Source: Planctomycetota bacterium (GTDB lineage Bacteria; Planctomycetota; SZUA-567; H5-PLA8). Taken from it: a stretch of DNA of 35,485 bases. The stretch's first letter is position 1; every line of letters begins with the position of its first letter. Position numbers and translations under genes: made by a program. The notes under the pieces are model-generated. The model saw only the letters and a program-made list of their open reading frames with translations. It searched no databases and was not told the DNA's origin. Of this stretch, positions 1 to 9,177 are shown piece by piece. Location of the stretch: contig BTVV01000059.1 in assembly GCA_045863855.1 (NCBI GenBank), positions 1 to 35,485 on the forward strand, written 5' to 3'.

Positions 1-68
1 GGCTGCCTAATATGGTAGAGTGGTAATCGCGGCAGCAGACATAAGGCTATGTCGCATGGCGGGGTTAG

Positions 69-566
69 GTGGACATGCTAACTCTGGCTGAGCGCTTGGG
101 GCCTGCAGACTTCACGGCCCAAGCATGGAACGCGCTGGTGCTATCACATGGGATTCCTCTTTTCCTGCTAGTCTTGAGCCTCCTTTTCTTTATTCCAAGA
201 ACTCACCTTAAACGTATTGGGCTTGCGAGATTGATAGCCAATGTGCTTGGCTTCAGCGCAGACGTGCTATTTGAAGTGGCAGTGTCCAACCAGTTTGCCC
301 AGATGATCACGGATATGGAGGTGAGTTCAGAAATCAGTCTTTTGCCTTATAGCCCGTTGCCGGTGATAGGTATGAGCTTGGTTTGGTTGATTGTGGGGTA
401 TGGATTTGCCTGCTTTCTTTGGGTTGAAGAACTTGAACCAAAGGCAGACGGTAGCGTGCCCGAATTGCCTTGGTCGGGACTGGTTGTATCGGTCGTCGCT
501 TGCTTGTTGGGGCATGCAGTAACTACCTTCATCTTCAGCATGCACGCTACGATGACCCAAATGTAG
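69..566 (+). CDS. Hypothetical multi-pass membrane protein (ORFan-like, visibly more AT-rich than neighbours)
   Basis: 165-aa ORF with about 4 hydrophobic segments; GTG start uncertain; no recognised family motif. Confidence 0.55.
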   Translation: MDMLTLAERLGPADFTAQAWNALVLSHGIPLFLLVLSLLFFIPRTHLKRIGLARLIANVLGFSADVLFEVAVSNQFAQMITDMEVSSEISLLPYSPLPVIGMSLVWLIVGYGFACFLWVEELEPKADGSVPELPWSGLVVSVVACLLGHAVTTFIFSMHATMTQM

Positions 567-615
567 CAGACGCCACGACTCCACCTGTTTCCTACACCCA
601 CCGCCTTGGTCCCGC

Positions 616-644
616 TTGGCTTCGCCCGGCTCACGCGCTATTCT
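616..644 (+). promoter_or_regulatory. Sigma70-like promoter, probably giving a leaderless dusB mRNA
   Basis: TTGGCT(616-621)-N17-TATTCT(639-644)-6 nt-ATG(651); no SD-like sequence. Confidence 0.45.
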
Positions 645-650
645 GAAGCC

Positions 651-1676
651 ATGTTAAATTTGGAAGCCCCGCCGCGCGCGAGCATCCGTCCGCTCTTCAT
701 CGGGCCGCTCAAGATCGATCCACCGATCTTGCAGGCCCCCATGGCGGGGTTCACAAATTACACGTTCCGGCAGATCGTGCGCGAGTTCGGCGGCGCGGGA
801 CTCTTGGCCACCGAGATGATCTCGGCCGAGGGCTTCGTGCGGCAGGTGGGCGGGATCAAGGGCAGTCCCGAGCGGCTGTGGGGCGTGCGCGAGGAACCCC
901 GGCCGCTGGCCGTGCAGATGTGGGACAACGATCCGGATCTGCTGGCCGAGGTCGGGCGCGCGCTGGCCTTCGATTTCCGCGTCAGCGTCGTGGACCTTAA
1001 TTTCGGCTGCCCGGTGCGCAAGATCACCGCGGCGCATTCGGGCAGTTATCTGCTGGGCGAGCCGGCGCGGATGCGGCAGCTCATCGAGCGCGTCGTGCGC
1101 GCCTGCGCACCGGTGCCGGTGACGGCCAAGATCCGCCTGGGCTGCACGCGCGACTGCATCACCGCTTTCGACGTGGCCAAGGCCGTGGAAGACGCCGGCG
1201 CGGCGGCACTGACGGTGCACGGGCGGGTGGCCGAAGACTTCTTCAGCGGTACGGCCGATTGGGAGACGATCGGCGCGATCAAAGCGCGCGCCGGGAAGCT
1301 GCCGATCGTCGGGAACGGCGACCTGGACAGCGCCGCGAAGGTGCTGGCGGCTTTCACGCGCTACGGGGTGGACGGCGCGATGATCGCGCGCGCGGCGCTG
1401 ACACGCCCGTGGCTGTACCGCGAAGCGGCCGCGGCGCTGCGCGGGGAACCCATCCCGCCCGAGCCGTCGCCGGAAGAACAGCGCGTGCTGCTGCTGCGGC
1501 ATCACGACGAGATCGTGGCGCGCTTCGGCGAATCGCGCGGGGTCGTGCTGATGCGCCGCTACGCCTGCAATTACGCGCACGGCCGCAGCGGCGCGAGGGA
1601 CTTCCGCCGTTTCGTGAACCTGGCCCGCACCAGCGCGGAATTCCGCGCCGCCGTCGAGCACTACTTTCCGCGCTAA
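651..1676 (+). CDS. dusB: tRNA-dihydrouridine synthase (DusB/NifR3 family)
   Basis: Motifs QAPMAG, TEMIS, DLNFGCP, AKIRLG, TVHGR, GNGD; start moved from 606 to ATG 651. Confidence 0.93.
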   Translation: MLNLEAPPRASIRPLFIGPLKIDPPILQAPMAGFTNYTFRQIVREFGGAGLLATEMISAEGFVRQVGGIKGSPERLWGVREEPRPLAVQMWDNDPDLLAEVGRALAFDFRVSVVDLNFGCPVRKITAAHSGSYLLGEPARMRQLIERVVRACAPVPVTAKIRLGCTRDCITAFDVAKAVEDAGAAALTVHGRVAEDFFSGTADWETIGAIKARAGKLPIVGNGDLDSAAKVLAAFTRYGVDGAMIARAALTRPWLYREAAAALRGEPIPPEPSPEEQRVLLLRHHDEIVARFGESRGVVLMRRYACNYAHGRSGARDFRRFVNLARTSAEFRAAVEHYFPR

Positions 1677-1697
1677 CGGCTCCCGTCCCGCGTACGC

Positions 1698-1725
1698 TTG
1701 CTTGAGGCGCGGCGTTTCGTATGCT
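1698..1725 (+). promoter_or_regulatory. Possible sigma70-like promoter of hslVU
   Basis: TTGCTT-N16-TATGCT upstream of ATG 1771. Confidence 0.35.
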
Positions 1726-1770
1726 GCGCTCTGCCGTCGGTTCGATTCGCCTCCGTATCGAAAGGCCGCC

Positions 1771-2322
1771 ATGAGCGCCGAGACTTCATTCACCGGATTT
1801 CGCGGCACCACCGTCGTTGCCGTTCGGCGCAACGGGCGCGTGGCCGTCGGCGGAGACGGGCAGGTCACGCACGGCCATACGGTGCTCAAAGCCAGCGCCG
1901 CCAAAGTGCGCCGGCTGAAGGGGGACGTGCTGATCGGCTTCGCGGGCTCCACGGCCGACGCCTTCGCGCTGCTGGAGCGCTTCGAGGGCAAGCTCGAGGA
2001 ATACAAAGGAAATCTCAAGCGCGCGGCCGTCGAACTGGCCAAGCTCTGGCGGACCGACCGGATGCTGCGGCGGCTGGAGGCGATGCTGGTGGTCGCCGAC
2101 CGTGAAAGCCTGATCCTGATCACCGGGAACGGGGACGTGCTGGAACCCGACGACGGGATCGTGGCGATCGGTTCGGGCGGTCCGTACGCGCTCTCCGCCG
2201 CGCGCGCACTGGCGAAGCACACGGCGCTGGGGCCGAAAGAGATCGTCACCGCGGCGCTGGGCGAAGCCGCGGAACTGTGCATCTACACCAACGACCGGAT
2301 CGTGGTCGAAGAACTCGCGTAA
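1771..2322 (+). CDS. hslV: ATP-dependent protease subunit HslV (ClpQ)
   Basis: [11 protein letters not shown] (catalytic Thr after a short propeptide), [26 protein letters not shown]; start ATG 1771 after AAAGG. Confidence 0.97.
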   Translation: MSAETSFTGFRGTTVVAVRRNGRVAVGGDGQVTHGHTVLKASAAKVRRLKGDVLIGFAGSTADAFALLERFEGKLEEYKGNLKRAAVELAKLWRTDRMLRRLEAMLVVADRESLILITGNGDVLEPDDGIVAIGSGGPYALSAARALAKHTALGPKEIVTAALGEAAELCIYTNDRIVVEELA

Positions 2323-2364
2323 CGCCGGCCGTTGAGCCGTCCGCATCGCACGTCTGGGGGCCGC

Positions 2365-3759
2365 ATGTTCGAGACCACGCTGGGGATCCTGAAGGCGCGC
2401 GATCCCGCCGCGATGCCGCCGCGCGAGATCGTGGCCGAGTTGGACCGCTATATCGTCGGGCAGGACGCCGCCAAGCGCGCGGTGGCGATCGCGCTGCGCA
2501 ACCGCTGGCGCCGCCGACAGCTCGATCCGGCTATGCGCGAGGAAGTCGCGCCGAAGAACATCCTGATGATCGGGCCGACGGGCGTGGGCAAGACCGAGAT
2601 CGCGCGGCGTTTGGCCGGCTTGGCCGGAGCGCCCTTCGTGAAGGTGGAAGCCACGCGCTACACCGAAGTCGGTTACCACGGGCGCGACGTGGAGAGCATG
2701 ATCCGCGACCTGGTCAAGGCCGCGATCAACATGGGCCAGACGCGCGCGCGCGAAGAAGTGCGGGGAAAGGCCGCCGAGGCCGCCGAAGAACGTCTGCTGG
2801 AGGCGCTGCTGCCCAGCCCTTCGGCGTGGGAAACGTCCGAATCCGGCGGCGGAGAGGCCGCGGCCAAGAGCGCCGAGATGCATAAGAAGACGCGCGAGAA
2901 GCTGCGCGCGAAACTCCGCGCCGGCGAGCTGGATGCGCGCGAAGTGGAGATCGAAGTGAGCGGCCAGGAGAACATGGCCGGGATCTTCGCGCCCGCGATG
3001 GGCGAAGAAATGAGCATGGACCTGCAGGACGCGCTGACGCGGATGATGCCCAAGCGCGCCAAGAAGCGCAAAGTAGGCGTCGCCGACGCGCGCCGGCTGC
3101 TGGAGGCCGAGGAGGCCGAGAAGCTGATCGACCACGAAGCGATCCAGCGCCAGGCCATCGAGACGGCCGAGAACCTGGGCATCGTCTTCATCGACGAGAT
3201 CGACAAGGTGGCCGGAAGTGGGCGGGCGCAGGGGCCCGACGTTTCGCGCGAGGGCGTGCAACGCGACATGCTCCCGATCATCGAAGGCGCCAGCGTCACC
3301 ACGCGCTGGGGCCTGGTGAAGACCGACCATATCCTGTTCATCTGCGCCGGCGCGTTCCACATGGCCAAGCCCAGCGACCTGCTGCCCGAACTGCAAGGCC
3401 GCCTGCCGATCCGCGTGGAGCTGAACGACCTGACCGAGGCCGACTTCAAGCGCATCCTCACCGCGCCGCAGAACGCGATCACCAAGCAGTACCAGGCGCT
3501 GCTGGCCACCGAAGGCCTGAAACTGGAATTCACCGAAGATGCGCTCGTGGCCATTGCCGGCTACGCCGCGCGGGCCAACCGCGAGAGCCAGAATATCGGC
3601 GCGCGTCGGCTGCATACGGTGATCGAGAAGCTGTTGGAAGAAGTCAGTTTCTCCGCCGCCGAAATGGACGGGCAAACCTTCAAGGTCGATGCCGCGATGG
3701 TCGATGCGCGGCTTAAGCCGATCCTCGAGAACGAAGACCTGACGCGGTACATCCTTTAA
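2365..3759 (+). CDS. hslU: ATP-dependent protease ATPase subunit HslU (ClpY)
   Basis: ELDRYIVGQ, Walker A GPTGVGKT, Walker B FIDEID, PELQGRLP, IGARRL, C-terminal DLTRYIL; start uncertain (2365 or later). Confidence 0.97.
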   Translation: MFETTLGILKARDPAAMPPREIVAELDRYIVGQDAAKRAVAIALRNRWRRRQLDPAMREEVAPKNILMIGPTGVGKTEIARRLAGLAGAPFVKVEATRYTEVGYHGRDVESMIRDLVKAAINMGQTRAREEVRGKAAEAAEERLLEALLPSPSAWETSESGGGEAAAKSAEMHKKTREKLRAKLRAGELDAREVEIEVSGQENMAGIFAPAMGEEMSMDLQDALTRMMPKRAKKRKVGVADARRLLEAEEAEKLIDHEAIQRQAIETAENLGIVFIDEIDKVAGSGRAQGPDVSREGVQRDMLPIIEGASVTTRWGLVKTDHILFICAGAFHMAKPSDLLPELQGRLPIRVELNDLTEADFKRILTAPQNAITKQYQALLATEGLKLEFTEDALVAIAGYAARANRESQNIGARRLHTVIEKLLEEVSFSAAEMDGQTFKVDAAMVDARLKPILENEDLTRYIL

Positions 3760-3882
3760 TACAGGCTTGAAGATCACCTCTCCAAAGGCGTAGGAATGAC
3801 GGCGATTTCAGGATGTGGGCGGTGTATTCCGCCTTAGACGTATAGACATCCAACCACTTGACGTACAGGGTTTGGGAGGGAG

Positions 3883-6066
3883 ATGCTCGTGGTGCGTTCA
3901 CGTAACATCCATAAATATCTTGGGTTAATCGTAAGCCTGGGAATTTTTTGGGGGTGCTCCGGCGTAGCGAGCGGGCTTGAAAATGTGCCCGATGTGCCTA
4001 TCCCGGAGTCGTGGGATAAGTACACGATCCTGGTCTGGCAGTTCAAGACCAACGTGGAGACCGACAAAGCGCTGTACGAATCGGTGAACATCAGGGGCTT
4101 TCACATCGATCGCAGCAACGCGGTGAAGCAGGCCTTCGCGAACGAGACCAAGTGGCCGTTCTACGTCGATCACACGGCGAGCAAGGGCTACCTGCATCTG
4201 GCCGATAAAGTGCGCAGCACGATGTCGGCGGAGCAGAAGAAGACGAAGGGCCTGATGGTGCGCCCGAACAGCTTGGCCGATCCGAAGGTGGTGGCCGAAG
4301 CGAAAGGACACATCAAGAAAAACATAGAAGCCGCGCGCGGAAGTTCGGTGCTGGCGTACGCGTTCGACGACGAAGTGAGTATCGGGAATTTCGGTTCGCC
4401 CATCGAAGCGGACGCGCACCCGCTGGCTTTGGCGAAGTACCGCGCGTTCCTGAAGGAACTGTACGGGAACGATATCGAGAAGCTGAACGCGCAGTATGGA
4501 AAGAGGCATTCGAGCTTCGACGAGGTTCAGCCGCTGCCGTACGAAGGCGTGCGCAAGGGCCTGCAGCCGGGCGCGATCGACAAGATCAACTTAAGCGTCT
4601 GGTGCGACTGGCGCAGCGCGATGGACACGCACTTCGCCGAAGCGATGGCCGATTTCACGCGCTACGCCAACACGCTGGATCCCAAGACGCCTGCGGGCGT
4701 GGTGGGTTTGGGCAATCCGTGCGCGTACGGCGGGTACGACTACAGCAAAAACTGCAAAGCGCTGCAGTGGATGGAAGCGTACGACATCGGCGCAAGCAAC
4801 GAGATTCTGCGCAGCTTCTGGGGCCAAAAGCGCCCGCACATGCAGACCTTCTTCTCGAGCAAGGATCCCAAGAAGGACGCGTGGATGCTGTGGTACTACA
4901 TGGTTCACGGGAACCGCGGCGTGATCTGCTGGCCGGACGGCTGGTTCGTGAACGGGCAGGTGGCCGACTACATCAAAGCCAACGCGGAAACCTTCAAGGA
5001 AGTGCAGAGCGAGCTGAGCAAACCGATCGTGAACGGTACGTTCGTGCACGATCCGGTCGCGATTTACTATTCGCACCCCAGCATTCAGGTCGCTTGGGCG
5101 CTGGACGCGGCGCCGCACGGCGGCACGTGGGTCAACCGCAGCAGTTCGATGGACAACGGGCACAGCACCAGCGGCCTGACGCGCATCGCCTGGGTCAAGA
5201 CGCTGGAAGACCTGGGCATTCAGGGGCACTTCGTCCACCACGAGCAGCTCAAGGCCGGCGAACTCGAGAAGGCCGGCTTCAAAGTACTGCTGCTCAACCG
5301 TACCCTCTGCCTCAGCGATGCCGAGGCGGAGGCGATCAAGAAGTTCGCCGCGGCGGGCGGCACGGTGATCGGAGACCAGCTTTGCGGATACTTCGACGAA
5401 CACGGCAAGGCGCGCGCGAAGGGCGCGCTGGACGATCTGTTCGGCATCCAGCGCAATCTGTCCAAGGGCATCCTGAACGGCCAGACGCTCACCGAAGTCG
5501 ATTGCGAGAAGGGCTACAAGGGTCTGGAGGATGCGAACTGGGTCCGCGGGCCGCTCTTTAAGGAGATGGCGGTGTACGAACCGGGCCTGACGGCCACCGA
5601 CGGGGAAGTCGTCGCCAAGGCCGGCGAGGTTCCGGTGGTGATCAAGAAGGGCAAAGCGATCTACCTGAACCTTTCGCCCATCGGGTACCTCCTCAAACGC
5701 ACGGGCAACCAGGCGCCGGATTGGCTGCCGTTCGTCGAGGGGCTGTTTAAGGACGCCGGCGTGACCGCGCGCCTGAAGTTCGAAGTAAACGACAAGCCCG
5801 GGCAGATGGTCGAGCCGATCTTCTGGAAGAACGGCGACCGCATCACCCTCTGCGTGGTTCAGAACGTGAACCGCAAGGCGGCGATCGACGGCTTCGGTTC
5901 GTCGGACAGCGATTTGGGCGGCGGGAAGTCGAAGCTGGGGCTCCTCTTCGCCAAGCCGGTGAAGGGGCTCAAGAACGAACGGACCGGCAAGGAACTGGGC
6001 GACGGCGCGAAGTTCACGGACGAGTGGGCGCCGTGGGAGGCGAACGTTTACAGCTATACGCCTTGA
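3883..6066 (+). CDS. Secreted GH42-like (beta-galactosidase/agarase-like) glycoside hydrolase with C-terminal trimerisation-type domain
   Basis: N-terminal signal peptide; FDDE, FLKELYG..IEKLNAQYG, WCDWRS and C-terminal KVLLLNRTLCLSDAEAEAIKKFAAAGGTVI resemble GH42-like proteins; true start may be GTG 3889/3892 given SD GGAGGGAG. Confidence 0.65.
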   Translation: MLVVRSRNIHKYLGLIVSLGIFWGCSGVASGLENVPDVPIPESWDKYTILVWQFKTNVETDKALYESVNIRGFHIDRSNAVKQAFANETKWPFYVDHTASKGYLHLADKVRSTMSAEQKKTKGLMVRPNSLADPKVVAEAKGHIKKNIEAARGSSVLAYAFDDEVSIGNFGSPIEADAHPLALAKYRAFLKELYGNDIEKLNAQYGKRHSSFDEVQPLPYEGVRKGLQPGAIDKINLSVWCDWRSAMDTHFAEAMADFTRYANTLDPKTPAGVVGLGNPCAYGGYDYSKNCKALQWMEAYDIGASNEILRSFWGQKRPHMQTFFSSKDPKKDAWMLWYYMVHGNRGVICWPDGWFVNGQVADYIKANAETFKEVQSELSKPIVNGTFVHDPVAIYYSHPSIQVAWALDAAPHGGTWVNRSSSMDNGHSTSGLTRIAWVKTLEDLGIQGHFVHHEQLKAGELEKAGFKVLLLNRTLCLSDAEAEAIKKFAAAGGTVIGDQLCGYFDEHGKARAKGALDDLFGIQRNLSKGILNGQTLTEVDCEKGYKGLEDANWVRGPLFKEMAVYEPGLTATDGEVVAKAGEVPVVIKKGKAIYLNLSPIGYLLKRTGNQAPDWLPFVEGLFKDAGVTARLKFEVNDKPGQMVEPIFWKNGDRITLCVVQNVNRKAAIDGFGSSDSDLGGGKSKLGLLFAKPVKGLKNERTGKELGDGAKFTDEWAPWEANVYSYTP

Positions 6067-6458
6067 GCCGAAGCGACGGGGACCTCGACCGAAACGAGGT
6101 CCCCGTCCTTCAGGCCGTAGGCGGCACGCAGGCCGAGGTCGGTCGCTACTTCCAACACGCACGGGTCCGCCGGTTCCACGCCCGCACGCGGTTCGGTGCG
6201 CAGTATGTACGCCGCGCGCCCGAAGATCCGGCATGGCGCCATACGCACCGAGACCAAACCTCCGTATTCATCCTTGTCCAGCCTTAGCGCATCCGGCGGA
6301 AAAACATACGCTTCTTTCAGATGCACGTTCAGCGTGCCCGGAAAAAATTCCATCCCGGTCTTGGCTCGGTAGTGGTCCTTGAGTCGGGCAAGCCAGTGAC
6401 CGAAGTCGCCCTGGCCGCTGCGCACCACACCGCGCAACTCGCGCCAGCGGGCCGGCAC
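6054..6458 (-). CDS. DUF120 / archaeal-type CTP-dependent riboflavin kinase-like protein
   Basis: GVVRSGQG, FFPGTLNV and LEVATDLGLRAAYGLKDGDLVSVEV match the family pattern; GTG start overlaps the radC stop (TAGTG); it is the 3' part of track ORF 6054..7199. Confidence 0.75.
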   Translation of the reverse strand: MPARWRELRGVVRSGQGDFGHWLARLKDHYRAKTGMEFFPGTLNVHLKEAYVFPPDALRLDKDEYGGLVSVRMAPCRIFGRAAYILRTEPRAGVEPADPCVLEVATDLGLRAAYGLKDGDLVSVEVPVASAQGV

Positions 6459-7528
6459 TACAGCAGCCCTTCTTCGACGAAGCTCGTGAACGCTCCGTCG
6501 CCCACAATGACGTGGTCGAGCAGACGGATGCCGATCAGCTCGGCGGCTTCCTGGAGGCGCTTGGTGATCGTGCGGTCGGCGCGGCTGGGTTTCGGATCGC
6601 CGCTGGGATGATTGTGCACCACCGCGATAGCGGCGGCGCCTAGGCGCAACGCGGGGCCGAAGACTTCGCGCGGATGCACCAGCGTTTCGGTCAGGCTGCC
6701 TTCGCTCACCTGGTCTTCGCCGATCAGGCGGTGCTTCTGATCGAGGCACGCGACGAAGAAGCGCTCTTTCTTGAGGTCGCGCACGCGCAGCCTGTAATGC
6801 TCGTAAAAGTCCTGGCCGCTGGCGAACGCTTGCCCGCGCGGAGCCTGTTCCTCGGCCCAGAGCCGGAAAAGCGCCGCGGCGGCGCGCAAACGTGCGGCGG
6901 CGGCTTCGTTCAGACCTGCTTTGCGCAAATCGGCGGGCGCGGCGTGCAGGAGCCCGCGCAGGCCGCCGGTTTCGCGCAGAACCGCGGTCAAGCGCGCACG
7001 CAGCGCGGCGCCCGAGCGTGCTTCTCCGCAGAGCAGCGCAAGCAAGTCCACCGCTTCGGCCGTAGCCGGCGCGGCTCCGGCGTCCAGCAGCTTGCGGGCG
7101 AGGTCTTCGGTCGAAACGCGTTCCTCGCGTGCGCCCGCGGCGGTGTAGCGGCAGCTTTCGCAGAGCGGGCAGCGCGCGCATTGCGGCTCGGATCCGCAAA
7201 CGCCATCGGGGAGCACGCCGTACTCGCCGCGCGCGAACACGCCCAGCCAGGCTCCGATGACGCCAGGCGCATCGCCCGTGCCCCGCGCGCAGGCGCGCAC
7301 GTGCCAGGCGTACGCTTCCTGCTGCGCGGCGCTATCGTCGCCGCCATCCAGCACCCCGAAGCGCAACAGGAAACGCGCCACCGCCGGCTCGAGTTCCAGC
7401 GGCGTCTCGTCGGCGCTGAGTGTATTGCGCCAGCGCTTCAAGGCCGGCGTAAGCTTGCGGCCCGCGTCCTTGCGCACGGCCTGCTGCACGGCTTGCAACC
7501 ATTTCGCGGGTTCGGCCGGCGCGGTCAT
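6458..7528 (-). CDS. radC: RadC (JAB/MPN domain) with an extra N-terminal EndoIII-like Fe-S-motif domain
   Basis: KERF, GSLTETLVHPREVF, HNHPSGDPKPSRAD, LLDHVIVG; N-terminal CGSEPQCARCPLCESC; ATG 7528 overlaps the hpt stop (ATGA). Confidence 0.9.
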   Translation of the reverse strand: MTAPAEPAKWLQAVQQAVRKDAGRKLTPALKRWRNTLSADETPLELEPAVARFLLRFGVLDGGDDSAAQQEAYAWHVRACARGTGDAPGVIGAWLGVFARGEYGVLPDGVCGSEPQCARCPLCESCRYTAAGAREERVSTEDLARKLLDAGAAPATAEAVDLLALLCGEARSGAALRARLTAVLRETGGLRGLLHAAPADLRKAGLNEAAAARLRAAAALFRLWAEEQAPRGQAFASGQDFYEHYRLRVRDLKKERFFVACLDQKHRLIGEDQVSEGSLTETLVHPREVFGPALRLGAAAIAVVHNHPSGDPKPSRADRTITKRLQEAAELIGIRLLDHVIVGDGAFTSFVEEGLL

Positions 7529-8112
7529 CGGCGCTTGCCCCCGCTCGGCTGAAGCGCCCACAGGTCCGGCACGTTGCGGTGCTTGCCCGCATGGTCCATC
7601 CCGTAACCGACGAAGAACTCGTTTCCGGCCTCGAAGCCCACGAAGTCGGCGCGAACCGATCCTTTGCGCGCACGGCGGCGCAGCAGGACGCACGTCTTCA
7701 CGCGCGCGGCCCCGCGCTGCTTCAGGTGCGCGACGAGATAACGCAGCGTCAGGCCCGTGTCGAGAATATCGTCGATCAGGAGGACCGTTCGGCCGCGCAG
7801 ATCGAGCGTGGCGTCGAGATCTTGCAAGAGCACCACACGCCCGCGGCTGCGCGTACCGGTGCCGTAACTTTCGCAGCGCAAAAACGCGATCTCAAGGCCC
7901 AGATCGGGCGGCAATCGCCGCAGCAAATCGGCCGCGAAGATGAAGCCGCCCTGCAGCACGACGACGGCCACGGGGCGCTCGCGCGCTTTCAAATGCGCCG
8001 CGATCCGGGCGCCCAGTTCGGCGACGCGAGCTTGAATCTCTTCGCGGCCGTACACGGGCGCATAGCCGGACGGCGGGCGGGGCATTCGAGTACGTGGGGT
8101 TCGTGCGGGCAT
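7525..8112 (-). CDS. hpt: Hypoxanthine phosphoribosyltransferase
   Basis: VLQGGFIFAADL, SYG, PRPP motif VLLIDDILDTGLTL, FFVGYGMD; GGAG upstream of ATG 8112 (alternative start 8085). Confidence 0.93.
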   Translation of the reverse strand: MPARTPRTRMPRPPSGYAPVYGREEIQARVAELGARIAAHLKARERPVAVVVLQGGFIFAADLLRRLPPDLGLEIAFLRCESYGTGTRSRGRVVLLQDLDATLDLRGRTVLLIDDILDTGLTLRYLVAHLKQRGAARVKTCVLLRRRARKGSVRADFVGFEAGNEFFVGYGMDHAGKHRNVPDLWALQPSGGKRR

Positions 8113-8129
8113 GCGGAGCTCCGCAAAAA

Positions 8130-9125
8130 TTACGGCTTGAGCCGCGCGAGCACTTCGTCGAGCACCTGGTCGGCCCGAATCCCGGCGGCTTCGCCGTCGA
8201 AGTTCAGGATCAGGCGGTGGCGCAGGACGGGCTTGGCAAGCGCTCGCAGGTCTTCGATCGCGACGTGAAAGCGCCCGCGCGCAAGGGCCAGGACCTTGCC
8301 GCAAAGCAGCAGCGCCTGCGCGCCGCGCGGCGAAGCTCCGAACTTCACGTAACTCTTGACGGCCTCCGTCGCCTCGGCTTGGCCCGGTTGCGTCGCCAGC
8401 ACCAGCCGCGCCGCGTACTCGGTGACCGGTTTGGCCGCGGGGACGCGCCGGGCCAGTTCGCGCATCTCGAGCAACTGCGCCTGCGTCGCCATGCGCGCGG
8501 GCGGCGCTTCGCGCTCGCCGGTGGTCCGCTCCAGGATGGTCACGAGTCCCGCCAGATCGCCGCCGGGCACGAGGAGCTTAAGCATGAAGCGGTCGAGCTG
8601 CGCTTCGGGGAGCGGATAGGTGCCTTCCAGTTCGATCGGGTTCTGTGTGGCGAGAACGAAGAACGGCTGCGGCAGCGGATGCGTGGTGCCCGCCACGGTG
8701 ACCCGGCCTTCCTGCATCGCCTCCAGAAGCGCCGATTGTGTCTTGGGCGTCGCACGGTTGATCTCGTCCGTCAGGATCACGTTGGCGAAGACCGGCCCGC
8801 GCTGGAATTCGAAACTCCGTTTGCCGGCCTCGTCCTCGTTGAGGATCGTCGTGCCGACGATATCGGCGGGCATCAGATCGGGCGTGAACTGAATGCGGCG
8901 AAAATCGAGGTCCAGCGCGCCGGCAACCGTCTGGACGAGCTTGGTTTTGCCCAAGCCCGGCAGGCCTTCGAGCAGAACATGGCCGCCGGCTAGCAGCGCG
9001 ACAAGGACGCCTTCGACGATCTCGTCGTTTCCGACGATGGTCTTGCCGATCTCCGCGCGCACCCGGCCGAACGTATCGGCGAAGGCTTTGCCGCGTGCTT
9101 CTACATCCGGGATGGAGTCGGCCAT
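8130..9125 (-). CDS. moxR: MoxR-family AAA+ ATPase
   Basis: GHVLLEGLPGLGKT, RIQFTPDLMPAD, DEINRA, ATQNPIELEGTYPLPEAQLDRF, GASPRG. Confidence 0.95.
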   Translation of the reverse strand: MADSIPDVEARGKAFADTFGRVRAEIGKTIVGNDEIVEGVLVALLAGGHVLLEGLPGLGKTKLVQTVAGALDLDFRRIQFTPDLMPADIVGTTILNEDEAGKRSFEFQRGPVFANVILTDEINRATPKTQSALLEAMQEGRVTVAGTTHPLPQPFFVLATQNPIELEGTYPLPEAQLDRFMLKLLVPGGDLAGLVTILERTTGEREAPPARMATQAQLLEMRELARRVPAAKPVTEYAARLVLATQPGQAEATEAVKSYVKFGASPRGAQALLLCGKVLALARGRFHVAIEDLRALAKPVLRHRLILNFDGEAAGIRADQVLDEVLARLKP

Positions 9126-9177
9126 GCGGGAGAAGATACCCTTTTTTACGATTCCGGCATGCCAAATCGGGGGAAGA

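Noticed and set aside
1677..1770. CIRCE or other heat-shock operator upstream of hslVU
   Set aside because: No TTAGCACTC-N9-GAGTGCTAA-like inverted repeat present.
1786..3777. Long antisense ORFs (1786..3777, 654..2282, 4591..6234, 13452..15674, 17789..19408 and similar)
   Set aside because: Shadow frames of confidently identified GC-rich genes, with no recognisable motifs.
3786..3796. 11-mer AAGGCGTAGGA also present on the minus strand upstream of the folP extension
   Set aside because: Shared 11-mers are expected by chance in 35 kb, and the flanks do not align.
6459..7199. N-terminal part of the 381-aa ORF 6054..7199
   Set aside because: Arg-rich alternative frame of radC; only 6054..6458 resembles a real protein.
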